The notes below the pieces were generated by a model. That model saw only the letters and a list, made by a program, of their open reading frames with translations. It made no database searches and was not told the DNA's origin. Below are positions 27,342 to 35,674 of a DNA stretch of 41,593 nt, in pieces (the first letter of the stretch is position 1; each line of letters starts with the position of its first letter). A program made the position numbers and the translations under genes. The stretch lies in assembly GCA_046754465.1 (NCBI GenBank), contig JBHHVU010000025.1, forward strand, positions 1 to 41,593, in the 5' to 3' direction. Origin of the DNA: Nitrospinaceae bacterium (GTDB lineage Bacteria; Nitrospinota; Nitrospinia; Nitrospinales; VA-1).

Positions 27342-29102
27342 TTATTCCTCTGGGAATCCTCCATTCGCCGGATACTGTGTCAAAAGGCCCGCTGACCTTC
27401 CATTCGATTCGGGGTTTTGTTTTTCCGGCAGGGTAATGGTGAAGGTGGTTCCGTGGTTGGGAGCCCCATGGGCCGAAATGTTTCCCCGATGTTGGAAGAC
27501 GATTTTTTTGCAAATGGCCAGTCCCATGCCGCATCCTTCATAATCGTTTTTTCTATGTAACCGTTCAAACGGTTTGAAAATACGGTTGGCGTAATGAGGG
27601 TCGAAACCGATCCCATTATCCCTCACGCGAATTTTCCAGGTTCCGTTGCCATTTTTTGAACTGTCGAGGCGGATGTTGGGCGCCATCCCCTCCCTTTGGA
27701 ACTTGAGGGCGTTGCCGATCAGGTTATAAAACAGTTGCCGCATTTGTTCACCGTCGGCCTCCAGAATGGGCAGACTTTTTACACGGACGGATCCCCCGGT
27801 TTCTTTAATCCTCGCTTCCAGGCCGCTCAAAACGTCCTCCACCACCCCCTTAAGGTCGATGTCTCGATAAGGTTGGGGGTGGGGAAAATTGCAGCAAGCC
27901 GAAAATTGCAGCAAGCCATCGATCAGTTGCCGCATCCGCGCCGCGGATTTTTGCATGCGGTTCAGGTAATCACGGACTTTTTTATCCTTTTTGGGGATGC
28001 TGGATTCCAGACGGTCCCCGAAAATAATGATCTTCCTCAGGGGTTCCTGAAGATCATGGGAAGCGATGAAATTGAAATCTCTCAGTTCCTGGTTGCTTCT
28101 CTCCAGTTCGGTTGCGGTGGCCTTGATTTTTTCTTCGGCCCGAATGCGATTGGTGATGTCGTGCCCGTATATATTGACATAATCGGTTCCCTGGAAAGGC
28201 CAGATCTGAAACCAGAAGGTCCTGTTATTAATATTGGTTTCAAACTCGACGGAAGAATTGAACCCAAACGCCTCCTGGATAAAAGGCTGAAACAAGTCTG
28301 GATCCGGTGCGTCCGTTTTATAGTTAAGGAAACGCAAGACCCGTACGGCTTGCGCGTTGGCGTAAAGCACCTTGCCGTTACGGTCCACCCGCAGAATGGG
28401 GTTGGGATTTTGTGAAGGAAATTGAAAAAGGCTTTGTTTTTTTTCTTCCGCTTCATGTTGCATCTTCCGTTCAAAACGATAAAAAGAAACCCCAACGAAC
28501 AACGTCAACAGAAAACTGCTGCCGATCAACAGGATCTGCGTGAGGCGGAAATGGGATAAATCCTTACCCATGATTTGTTGCAGGCGGGTTTCCACCTCGT
28601 CCGCTTCTCTTAAGAACTCCTCAAATACCGCGTCATACCGCTGGTCGATATCGGTGCCGGCCCCGGAGGTTTCTTTTGTTTTCAATCGTTTTTGGGTGAT
28701 CGCCATGAACTCGGCGAGTTTTTTCCGCACCTCCTGGATCTTCAGCCGCATGGCCCTGTCGTCCAGGGGGATGAAGATTCCCTCGGAGTTGGTCCCCCCT
28801 TCCAGCATGGCCCGGGCGTACCAGTCCGATTGCTCCAAGTGCTTCCAGACCAATTGCATATCCTCGTTCCGGTCCCCGCTCAGAATTTCCTCGAACCAGA
28901 GATGAGCAATGGCCGCCTCCAGTTTGATCTCCATGGCGGCGTCGATCAATGGAGAGTAGACACGATTCATCCGGTCTCCCAAGTGGAAACTGTAACCAAC
29001 CATCCCGGCGAATAACAACCCCATTCCTCCAATAGTCAGATACATCCACCAGGAGGGGGTGTTATTCTTCAATTCGCTGACGATAATCTCCCTGGGTTCC
29101 AT
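27342..29102 (-). CDS. Membrane-bound sensor histidine kinase (TM-periplasmic helical sensor-TM-PAS-HisKA-HATPase)
   Basis: Two hydrophobic segments, PAS-like NPNPILRVD...GHDIT, H-box ASHDLQEPLRKI, N-box NLIGNALKF, G1 DNGIG, F-box IFKPFERL and G2 GCGMGLAICKKIV. Confidence 0.93.
   Translation of the reverse strand: MEPREIIVSELKNNTPSWWMYLTIGGMGLLFAGMVGYSFHLGDRMNRVYSPLIDAAMEIKLEAAIAHLWFEEILSGDRNEDMQLVWKHLEQSDWYARAMLEGGTNSEGIFIPLDDRAMRLKIQEVRKKLAEFMAITQKRLKTKETSGAGTDIDQRYDAVFEEFLREADEVETRLQQIMGKDLSHFRLTQILLIGSSFLLTLFVGVSFYRFERKMQHEAEEKKQSLFQFPSQNPNPILRVDRNGKVLYANAQAVRVLRFLNYKTDAPDPDLFQPFIQEAFGFNSSVEFETNINNRTFWFQIWPFQGTDYVNIYGHDITNRIRAEEKIKATATELERSNQELRDFNFIASHDLQEPLRKIIIFGDRLESSIPKKDKKVRDYLNRMQKSAARMRQLIDGLLQFSACCNFPHPQPYRDIDLKGVVEDVLSGLEARIKETGGSVRVKSLPILEADGEQMRQLFYNLIGNALKFQREGMAPNIRLDSSKNGNGTWKIRVRDNGIGFDPHYANRIFKPFERLHRKNDYEGCGMGLAICKKIVFQHRGNISAHGAPNHGTTFTITLPEKQNPESNGRSAGLLTQYPANGGFPEE
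27884..27917. repeat. Perfect 17-bp tandem duplication inside the kinase gene
   Basis: gaaaattgcagcaagcc occurs at 27884-27900 and again at 27901-27917. Confidence 0.95.
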
Positions 29103-29195
29103 ACAATCCGGTTATTTAAACGGGGAAGGAATAATATTTACCTGATGTTATTAGCCTTGCAAGGTCCCCCAAGGGGCAAGGGAAAAGCCAGCCTT

Positions 29196-29660
29196 TCATT
29201 TAATGGAAGCGATTTGTTTGGTGAACATTCCCGATGGGCTGGCATAGAACACCTCATTTCCATTCACACTATCCTCTGAAACGTCTTTATAGATGAGATC
29301 CCAATGACCGTCTTCATTGATATCGATGGCGTAGAAATGCGGATGGGGCCCGGTAATATAATAGAAATTGGTGCTTTCGTGTTGGATGAGGAAAATAAAT
29401 TTTCCCGGCCACTGGCCTTTAATTTTTAAAGGATCTTTTTCGCCGAAATAGGCTTGTATGACAATGCGGAGGGAAAAGAAATCGGCTATGCCGTTTCCAT
29501 CGAGGTCATAACTGATGAGAATGTTTCCGTTGGGGCTGACGTCCCAAACCATCCGGGTTTCCAGCTGGGGTTCAGCGACGAGGTAGGGATTGGCAACGGT
29601 ACGGCTGGGAACGAGGATGAGGAATGCCATTATAAATATTATTGATTTGTAGGAATTCAT
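29196..29660 (-). CDS. Secreted hypothetical protein with two DxDxDG-like (putative Ca2+-binding) loops
   Basis: Signal-peptide-like N-terminus (MNSYKSIIFIMAFLILVPSRTVA), motifs DLDGNGIAD and DINEDGHWD, and an AGAGGA Shine-Dalgarno. Confidence 0.75.
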   Translation of the reverse strand: MNSYKSIIFIMAFLILVPSRTVANPYLVAEPQLETRMVWDVSPNGNILISYDLDGNGIADFFSLRIVIQAYFGEKDPLKIKGQWPGKFIFLIQHESTNFYYITGPHPHFYAIDINEDGHWDLIYKDVSEDSVNGNEVFYASPSGMFTKQIASIK

Positions 29661-29746
29661 GGCTCATTCCTCTTTCCTGATTGTTTCCAAAATTCCGCTT
29701 TTTTACATCGGGTGGTTCCTTTCAAAAATAAATTCACCAATAAAGC

Positions 29747-29762
29747 TACAAGAAACATGCCA
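29747..29762 (-). promoter_or_regulatory. Candidate sigma54 (-24/-12) promoter
   Basis: Minus strand TGGCATGTTTCTTGTA versus consensus TGGCAC-N5-TTGCW. Spacing is correct; the -12 box is TTGT rather than TTGC. Confidence 0.5.
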
Positions 29763-30106
29763 TAAAATAAATGCCAGCCCGGGCGAGTTCCCTAACTTCT
29801 GTCAAATAAAGGGATAAAAAAATTCGGGGCTTTGAAAATCGGAATCCCGTCACGGGATTAGGGGGGAACAATGTGCTTTTTTTCAGACAGTTGTACGAAA
29901 ATACCGGCTGGAAAATTCCCCATGTTTTTCAGGGAAATTGAAACTCCAGGGGAAGGTATCAAGACTTGCCGGGGGACTCTTCATGGGTAATGGGGCTTTC
30001 CCGGACGGGAACCTCCCTGTCAACGGATTTCTTTCCGCGCTTTCCTTTTGGGTTTAAGGGTCGGCCGGTTGGGGGCCGGGTGGCCGGGGACGGTATGAAA
30101 AGGGGT

Positions 30107-30262
30107 TCACCACCCGAGCAGGGGGAACAGGAGGTGATATACCGCTCCAACGGCAATGCTAAGATAAAACAATATTCCAAAAATGTTCCAAAGTCTGTCT
30201 TTCAGGGGCTGCCTGGGGGAAGCCGCGGTGGGGGTGCCGGTTTTGGGGGTTGAAATTGTCAC
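30107..30262 (-). CDS. Small single-pass membrane protein (51 aa)
   Basis: AAAGGA 5 nt before an in-frame GTG; C-terminal hydrophobic helix LWNIFGILFYLSIAVGAVYHLLFPLLGW. Confidence 0.5.
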   Translation of the reverse strand: MTISTPKTGTPTAASPRQPLKDRLWNIFGILFYLSIAVGAVYHLLFPLLGW

Positions 30263-30522
30263 AGGTATCCTTTCATGGAAAGCTTTCGTCCAAAATGAGA
30301 TGATGGGAAAGAGTTTAGTCCAGTATTGCCCCCATTCTATAATTTTCCTGGTGAACCACAAACTTTTTTTTTAGAAGGGAGCACACATGGTCTTTACCTG
30401 CCGGGCTCCGGAAGGGAAATAAAATTTCATGAAAAGAGCCCCATACCGGCCACGGGGAAGGCGCCCCCTCCAGCCCGCTTGCTGAAAGGGGAGCGGCGTT
30501 GAATCAATGAAAGGATGGCGAT

Positions 30523-30879
30523 GTGAGAGTAAACCTGGTTGAACTGATTGGTGAGGATTGCCTTTCCCTGGATGAGGGAGAAAAATTGTATCAAGCTCTT
30601 TATCCCGAAATAAAAAAAGGCAACCCGGTGGAACTGGATTTCACCGGCGTGAAAAGTATCATAACTCCATTCCTGAACGCATGCTTTGGAAAATTGCTGG
30701 AAGGTTTCGAAAAAGAAACCCTCATGGAAAAAATAAATTTCTGCCATATTTCCACGGAACAGCTTAAAAAGGTCAATCAATTCATAGACGGGGCCGACAG
30801 GCGGGGAACGGATACCACCCTCCGTGAGATGATGACCGATATGTTCGAAGAGGACGAATTGGGGGAATCCGGCTTGTAG
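30523..30879 (+). CDS. STAS-like domain protein (DUF4325-like)
   Basis: G-x-x-L-Y...VELDFTGVKSIITPFLNACFGKL signature; GTG start after AAAGGA; acidic C-terminal tail. Confidence 0.75.
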   Translation: MRVNLVELIGEDCLSLDEGEKLYQALYPEIKKGNPVELDFTGVKSIITPFLNACFGKLLEGFEKETLMEKINFCHISTEQLKKVNQFIDGADRRGTDTTLREMMTDMFEEDELGESGL

Positions 30880-30970
30880 ACAAAGGCAAAGGGGTCAATT
30901 TCATTAATGGGGATGCAATGGATTTTTTCGGGGGCGGCCCCGGGGAAATTTCTGGTCCGATGGCATCCGA

Positions 30971-31435
30971 TCAGGAGCCCAACTGGCGGATGGCTTCATA
31001 GACGACGATGCTCACCGCATTGGCGAGATTGAGAGACCGGACGCGCTCGTCGTATTGGGGAATCCGGTAGGTTTGTCTGGGATGGGCCTTCCGCAAATCC
31101 TCGGCGAGGCCCTGGGTTTCGCTGCCGAAAAACAGATACGATCCTTCCCGGAACCGGTGCTCGAAAAAAGAGGTCTCCGCCTTTGTTGAAAAATAGACCG
31201 TGGGAGCGTCCGCCGGAATGGACTCGAAGAAAGTTTCGATGTTTTTGTGCCGGGTCACCTTCACATGCTTCCAATAATCGAGTCCCGCCCGCTTGAGCTG
31301 TTTGTCGCTGATCTCGAAACCCAAAGGTTCGATCAGGTGCAAAACGCTTCCCGTCGCCAGACAAAGTCTTCCAATGGACCCGGTATTAACGGGTATTTTG
31401 GGTTCAACTAAAACAACGTTTAGATTGTGGGGCAT
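30971..31435 (-). CDS. trmL: tRNA (cytidine/uridine-34 2'-O)-methyltransferase, SPOUT family
   Basis: EPKIPVNTGSIGRLC, LHLIEPLGF...LKRAGLDYW, FGSETQGL and RSLNLANAV motifs; ATG 31435 gives the usual ~155-aa length. Confidence 0.95.
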   Translation of the reverse strand: MPHNLNVVLVEPKIPVNTGSIGRLCLATGSVLHLIEPLGFEISDKQLKRAGLDYWKHVKVTRHKNIETFFESIPADAPTVYFSTKAETSFFEHRFREGSYLFFGSETQGLAEDLRKAHPRQTYRIPQYDERVRSLNLANAVSIVVYEAIRQLGS

Positions 31436-32117
31436 TGTGGATGATTTGTGTCGGCCGGCGGTCCGTAAACGGGTTTCCATGAGGATGATCCGGGTTCCGC
31501 CGGGCGGAAATTTCCTGCGTGTTTAACACCTCCCCAAACAGGGAAGGGAGGGACTCTCCGACTGAACGCCCTGATTTGCAAGGCCGAAATCCTGTTTGGA
31601 TCCCAATTGCGGCAAACATTATATCCTGATTTGCCTTGAAATAAATCCATGAGATTGCCCTTGCGGATTCCTTTTTCAGAAAAGCCGGGGTGACCTCCGC
31701 CGGATTGAGAGCGGGCATGAATTCCTCCTTGGTTGCGGCAGTTTAATATTGGCACTTCATGGCCTCAGGCCTATATTGAGAAAAGATGAGGTGCGATTAA
31801 ACAGGAACTCCTTGCCAGGGAAGTCCCTGTAAGAAAAAGCGATCTTTCTCCGCCTCCAGGCGCCTGGAGGAAGGCCAGGAAAAAGGAAGAAAGCGCGAAA
31901 GGTTTCCGCTCCCGGCGGTGGGGTATGCGAATTCTCTTTCCGGCATCCGTCATTTTCATCTAAGGAAGAAGGTGAGTTTGGCTTTTCTTATCTTAAGAGA
32001 CAGGCAACAAAAGTCCAACTTTTAAGGGAACATCCTCTGATCAATAACGAACATCTGGTTTGGGGCTGGGAGGAAAATATCCGTCCCGGATTATTATTAA
32101 CCGGAAGGAGGTTGTCC

Positions 32118-32561
32118 ATGATGACCAAACACATCCCCCATCACTATGCAAAAGAGGATAACAACCGTTTGGAGGAAATTGGCGATTATATGACATCACC
32201 GGTTCTGGGTATCGATTCCCAATCTTCGGTTCAGGAAGCCGCGAAGTTCATGCATGACAAAAAGGTGGGTTCGCTACTCGTGAAGGAGAAGGGTGAGTTC
32301 GTGGGCATTGTCACGGAGACCGATCTGACGCGCCAAGTCCTCGCCCAGGGCCTGAACCCGGAATCCACCACGGTGGCGTCGGTCATGAAGGCGCCCATTT
32401 CCACCCTCGACCGGGCCAGACGGGTGGAAGAGGCCAATACCTTCATGGCGCAAAAAAAAATAAGGCATCTGGGAGTTACCGAAAACGGGCAAATTGTTGG
32501 GATGATATCCGTAAAGGATCTGGTGTCTTATTTCGCCAATCCCCGGTTACGCACTTGGTAA
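32118..32561 (+). CDS. Stand-alone CBS-pair (Bateman module) protein, copy 1
   Basis: Two CBS repeats (VGSLLV...VGIVTETDL; IRHLGV...VGMISVKDL); AAGGAGG Shine-Dalgarno 6 nt before ATG 32118. Confidence 0.93.
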   Translation: MMTKHIPHHYAKEDNNRLEEIGDYMTSPVLGIDSQSSVQEAAKFMHDKKVGSLLVKEKGEFVGIVTETDLTRQVLAQGLNPESTTVASVMKAPISTLDRARRVEEANTFMAQKKIRHLGVTENGQIVGMISVKDLVSYFANPRLRTW

Positions 32562-32661
32562 AAATGATGCGAGGCGGTGAGGGGTTCTGGATGGATCGCG
32601 GACTCGAAAGAGTTGGTGGGCGACTTAAAATTTCAAAATCCTTTAATAAGGAGTTCTTGCT

Positions 32662-33105
32662 ATGACCAGCAGTGCATTCCAAAACTTGACACCCGACGAT
32701 GATCCTATATTGAATGAAATCGGGGACATCATGAGTACTCCCGTATTCAGTATCGACCATCAGGCCTCGGTTCAGGAGGCGGCGCAGTATATGCACGCCA
32801 GCAACGTGGGTTCGCTTCTCGTCAAGGAATATGACAAATATGTGGGTATCGTGACCGAGACGGACTTGACCCGCGAGGTTGTGGGAAAAGGGCTGAACGC
32901 GGAAACGATTCAGGTATCCGCCATCATGAAAAAACCAATACGCAGCATTGACCGTTTCCTTCCGGTGGACGAAGCGAACAAATATATGAGTAAAAACAAA
33001 ATTCGTCATTTGGCGGTGACCGAAGAAGACCAGATTGTCGGAATGATTTCCGTCAAGGACCTGGTGGGTTACTATGCCCGATCGACCTTTCGGATGGAGG
33101 AGTGA
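32662..33105 (+). CDS. Stand-alone CBS-pair (Bateman module) protein, copy 2
   Basis: Same architecture as copy 1; hand count 76/121 identical residues, ungapped. Confidence 0.93.
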   Translation: MTSSAFQNLTPDDDPILNEIGDIMSTPVFSIDHQASVQEAAQYMHASNVGSLLVKEYDKYVGIVTETDLTREVVGKGLNAETIQVSAIMKKPIRSIDRFLPVDEANKYMSKNKIRHLAVTEEDQIVGMISVKDLVGYYARSTFRMEE

Positions 33106-33241
33106 ATTTCCTGCCGCCCAAGCGCCGCGGACTCCGGAGGGCATGACGCGAACCGCCGGTGCCTTCCCCAGGATGAGGCCGCTTTAACATCGGCCGATCC
33201 CGTTTTAAAGTTCAAGGAAATTCCCGGCCGGGGAAGGGCAT

Positions 33242-35674
33242 TTATCGGGGGTTTCCATTAGGGGGTTTGGGGCGGATGCGTTTTATCCACAGGGAGAAAG
33301 GATGCTTGTGGGTGCCGAGGTCAAAAAGAGCAGGCAGCATGAATAAGGCGCAAATGGTGCAGGTGATGATTCCCAGTTCCACCACCGTGGCGATAGAGCG
33401 GATGCCTGCATGGGATGCGATATTCAGGCTGGCGTAGCCTGCCAGGCTGGTCAACGCGGAGAGGAGAATAGCGCTCCCCGTTTCCTTGACGGACCTCAAG
33501 GTGCCCCCCTCGGGATAATCCAGAATGTGATGCCCCAGATAAATGCAATGATCGATCATGATCCCCACGATGGAAGGCAGCATGACGAAATTGATGAAGT
33601 TGAGTTTGACATGAAATACGGACATCAGGGCCCCCGTCAACGCCAGACCGGTGATCAGGGGGAGAAAGGTTTTTACCGCCAGCCTCACACTTTGCAGATC
33701 CAGTATTAGAATCATCAGCACCAGCCCCATCGCCATCCCCATGGCCCGCGGACCTTTTAGTTTGACCCAGTCCAGGATTTCCGCGGCAAGCAGGTTCTCA
33801 TTCAAGATAGATGTGGAAATATCTTTTTGAGCCAGGTTTTCCTTCAGGGCTTTGATCTCATTTTCCAACTGATAAATATTTCGAACATCAAAGAAATTTT
33901 TGTCGGCGGGGGAATACACCAGAACCATGTACTCATCCTGTGCCGTGAATTTATTGACCAGAGTTTTCGGGATGGCCGCTTCGTCGAACGGTTTCGCTAG
34001 AACCAACCGCTGAAGTTTTTGAAAACGGGGTTCTCCAAGGGACAGGCGGATGATATTTTTCTCTTTTAGAAAGAACTTACGGATGCGTTCCAGAACGTCT
34101 TTTTTGAATTCGTATTCCTTTTTGCTGAAAAGGTTCAACGAGTAATACTGGCCCAGGGTGGAAATTTCACCGTTCGACTTTTTGATTTTTTCCAGGGCCT
34201 GGTGGATGTAAAAAAGGTTTTCCTTTTTGGGCGTGAGGATCACCGTGGGGGAGAAGGCGAAACCAAAATCTTCCGTGGTTTTGGTTTCATAATCCGCGGC
34301 GGGGGAATCCCCCCGCAGTTTCTGGAAGTCATATTCGAATTGCAGGCCGGGGATCAGAAACAGGCTGCAGGCCAGGGTGATTATGAACAGGCCGGCCAGA
34401 AAATAGGGCGTGCTTGAATACAGGTTGGAAATATTCAAGGTGAACATCCTTGGCCTGGGTTTGCGCAGCCAGTGAATCTTGTCGTAAAAAAGCACTTGGG
34501 CCGGGAAAACGAAGTAGTAGGTGATGAACGCAGATACGATTCCCAGGACAGCGATTTTACCGAATTCGGAAAAACCCTTGAACTCCGAAAAAATCAAAAT
34601 GGAAAATACGCCAATGGTGGTCAACATGGCAATGACGCTGGACCGGCCCACCTGGGTCATCACCAGCTCCAGCGCTCTGGGAATAGGGTGCCCTTTGAGA
34701 AGCTCCTGCTTGAACCGGATGTACAAATGAATTCCGTAATCAATGCCCAGGCCCATGAGAATGGCCACCAGAAATCCGGAGATGATATTGACGTGCCCGA
34801 TGATCAATTGGGTCAGCGCGAAAGTGTATGTGAGAGACAGCATAAGAGGGACGATGATGAGTGGAATGGAAAATCCGGACCGGGTATAAAGGATGATGAT
34901 GAGGGTGGTCAGAAACGCCGCCAGCAGAACCGATTTTTTCAGATCCCGGACGATGATCTGGTTTTCTTCCAAGCGCACCATCAGGGATCCCGTCAGGTTG
35001 ATCCGGAGTCCGGGGACATGCCGATCCAGCTTCAGGGACTGGATGGCTTGTTGAATGGAATGGACGAAACTTGAGGTGAAGTCGGTATTGGTGACGGTTC
35101 CCCGCGGTTGAACAAAAATAAAGTAATTGATCTGTTTGCGGCCCTTATAATAAGGATTGATCTCGTCGAAAAAGTGATACTCATCCGATAAAGTCTGGAA
35201 TTTTTTCGGATTGAAGGGTTCCCCCTCCTCCGGAAAAAGTTCCGTCAATAAATTGCGGGCGTACTCCACCGCGTCCCTCAACAAGGATTCAAGAGCCAGC
35301 AAATCCTGCCTGGAAATCAGATAGAGTTGACGGTGGTCCAGGAAGTTCATGGGAATCTGGGAATCGACATACCGGACGCCGGGAATTTTTTCCAATTCTT
35401 GGGTCAGTTTTCGGATGATGCGGGGGGCGTCCTTTTGGCCGATCCCTTCCAGCACCAGAACCAGGGGACCCGATCCGCCTGTTTTGCTGACCACTTCGTT
35501 GAATTCTTTAATGAGGTCCAGTTCCTGTGGCAGGAGATTATCCATGCGGGGGTTATACTTCAATTCGGAAGAGATTTTAATGGACAGCAGGCTCAAAAGA
35601 ATCGCCAGGGCCAGAATGGTGCCCGGGAATTCGCAAGTGATGTTTTTAAAACACCATTTAAGCAAGAGTTTCAT
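33242..35674 (-). CDS. MMPL/HpnN-like RND-superfamily lipid exporter
   Basis: 810 aa with internal two-fold symmetry (TM, large periplasmic loop, TM bundle, twice); TM4-type motif GLGIDYGIH and TM10-type motif GIMIDHCIY. Confidence 0.88.
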   Translation of the reverse strand: MKLLLKWCFKNITCEFPGTILALAILLSLLSIKISSELKYNPRMDNLLPQELDLIKEFNEVVSKTGGSGPLVLVLEGIGQKDAPRIIRKLTQELEKIPGVRYVDSQIPMNFLDHRQLYLISRQDLLALESLLRDAVEYARNLLTELFPEEGEPFNPKKFQTLSDEYHFFDEINPYYKGRKQINYFIFVQPRGTVTNTDFTSSFVHSIQQAIQSLKLDRHVPGLRINLTGSLMVRLEENQIIVRDLKKSVLLAAFLTTLIIILYTRSGFSIPLIIVPLMLSLTYTFALTQLIIGHVNIISGFLVAILMGLGIDYGIHLYIRFKQELLKGHPIPRALELVMTQVGRSSVIAMLTTIGVFSILIFSEFKGFSEFGKIAVLGIVSAFITYYFVFPAQVLFYDKIHWLRKPRPRMFTLNISNLYSSTPYFLAGLFIITLACSLFLIPGLQFEYDFQKLRGDSPAADYETKTTEDFGFAFSPTVILTPKKENLFYIHQALEKIKKSNGEISTLGQYYSLNLFSKKEYEFKKDVLERIRKFFLKEKNIIRLSLGEPRFQKLQRLVLAKPFDEAAIPKTLVNKFTAQDEYMVLVYSPADKNFFDVRNIYQLENEIKALKENLAQKDISTSILNENLLAAEILDWVKLKGPRAMGMAMGLVLMILILDLQSVRLAVKTFLPLITGLALTGALMSVFHVKLNFINFVMLPSIVGIMIDHCIYLGHHILDYPEGGTLRSVKETGSAILLSALTSLAGYASLNIASHAGIRSIATVVELGIITCTICALFMLPALFDLGTHKHPFSLWIKRIRPKPPNGNPR

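Noticed and set aside
29959..30253. Overlapping short ORFs 29959-30180 (-) and 29966-30253 (+)
   Set aside because: No Shine-Dalgarno or motif support, low-complexity G/P/R composition, and they conflict with the better-supported small membrane ORF.
31749..31765. TTGGCAC as a sigma54 promoter
   Set aside because: The -12 position reads GGCC rather than TTGC, so only the -24 half matches.
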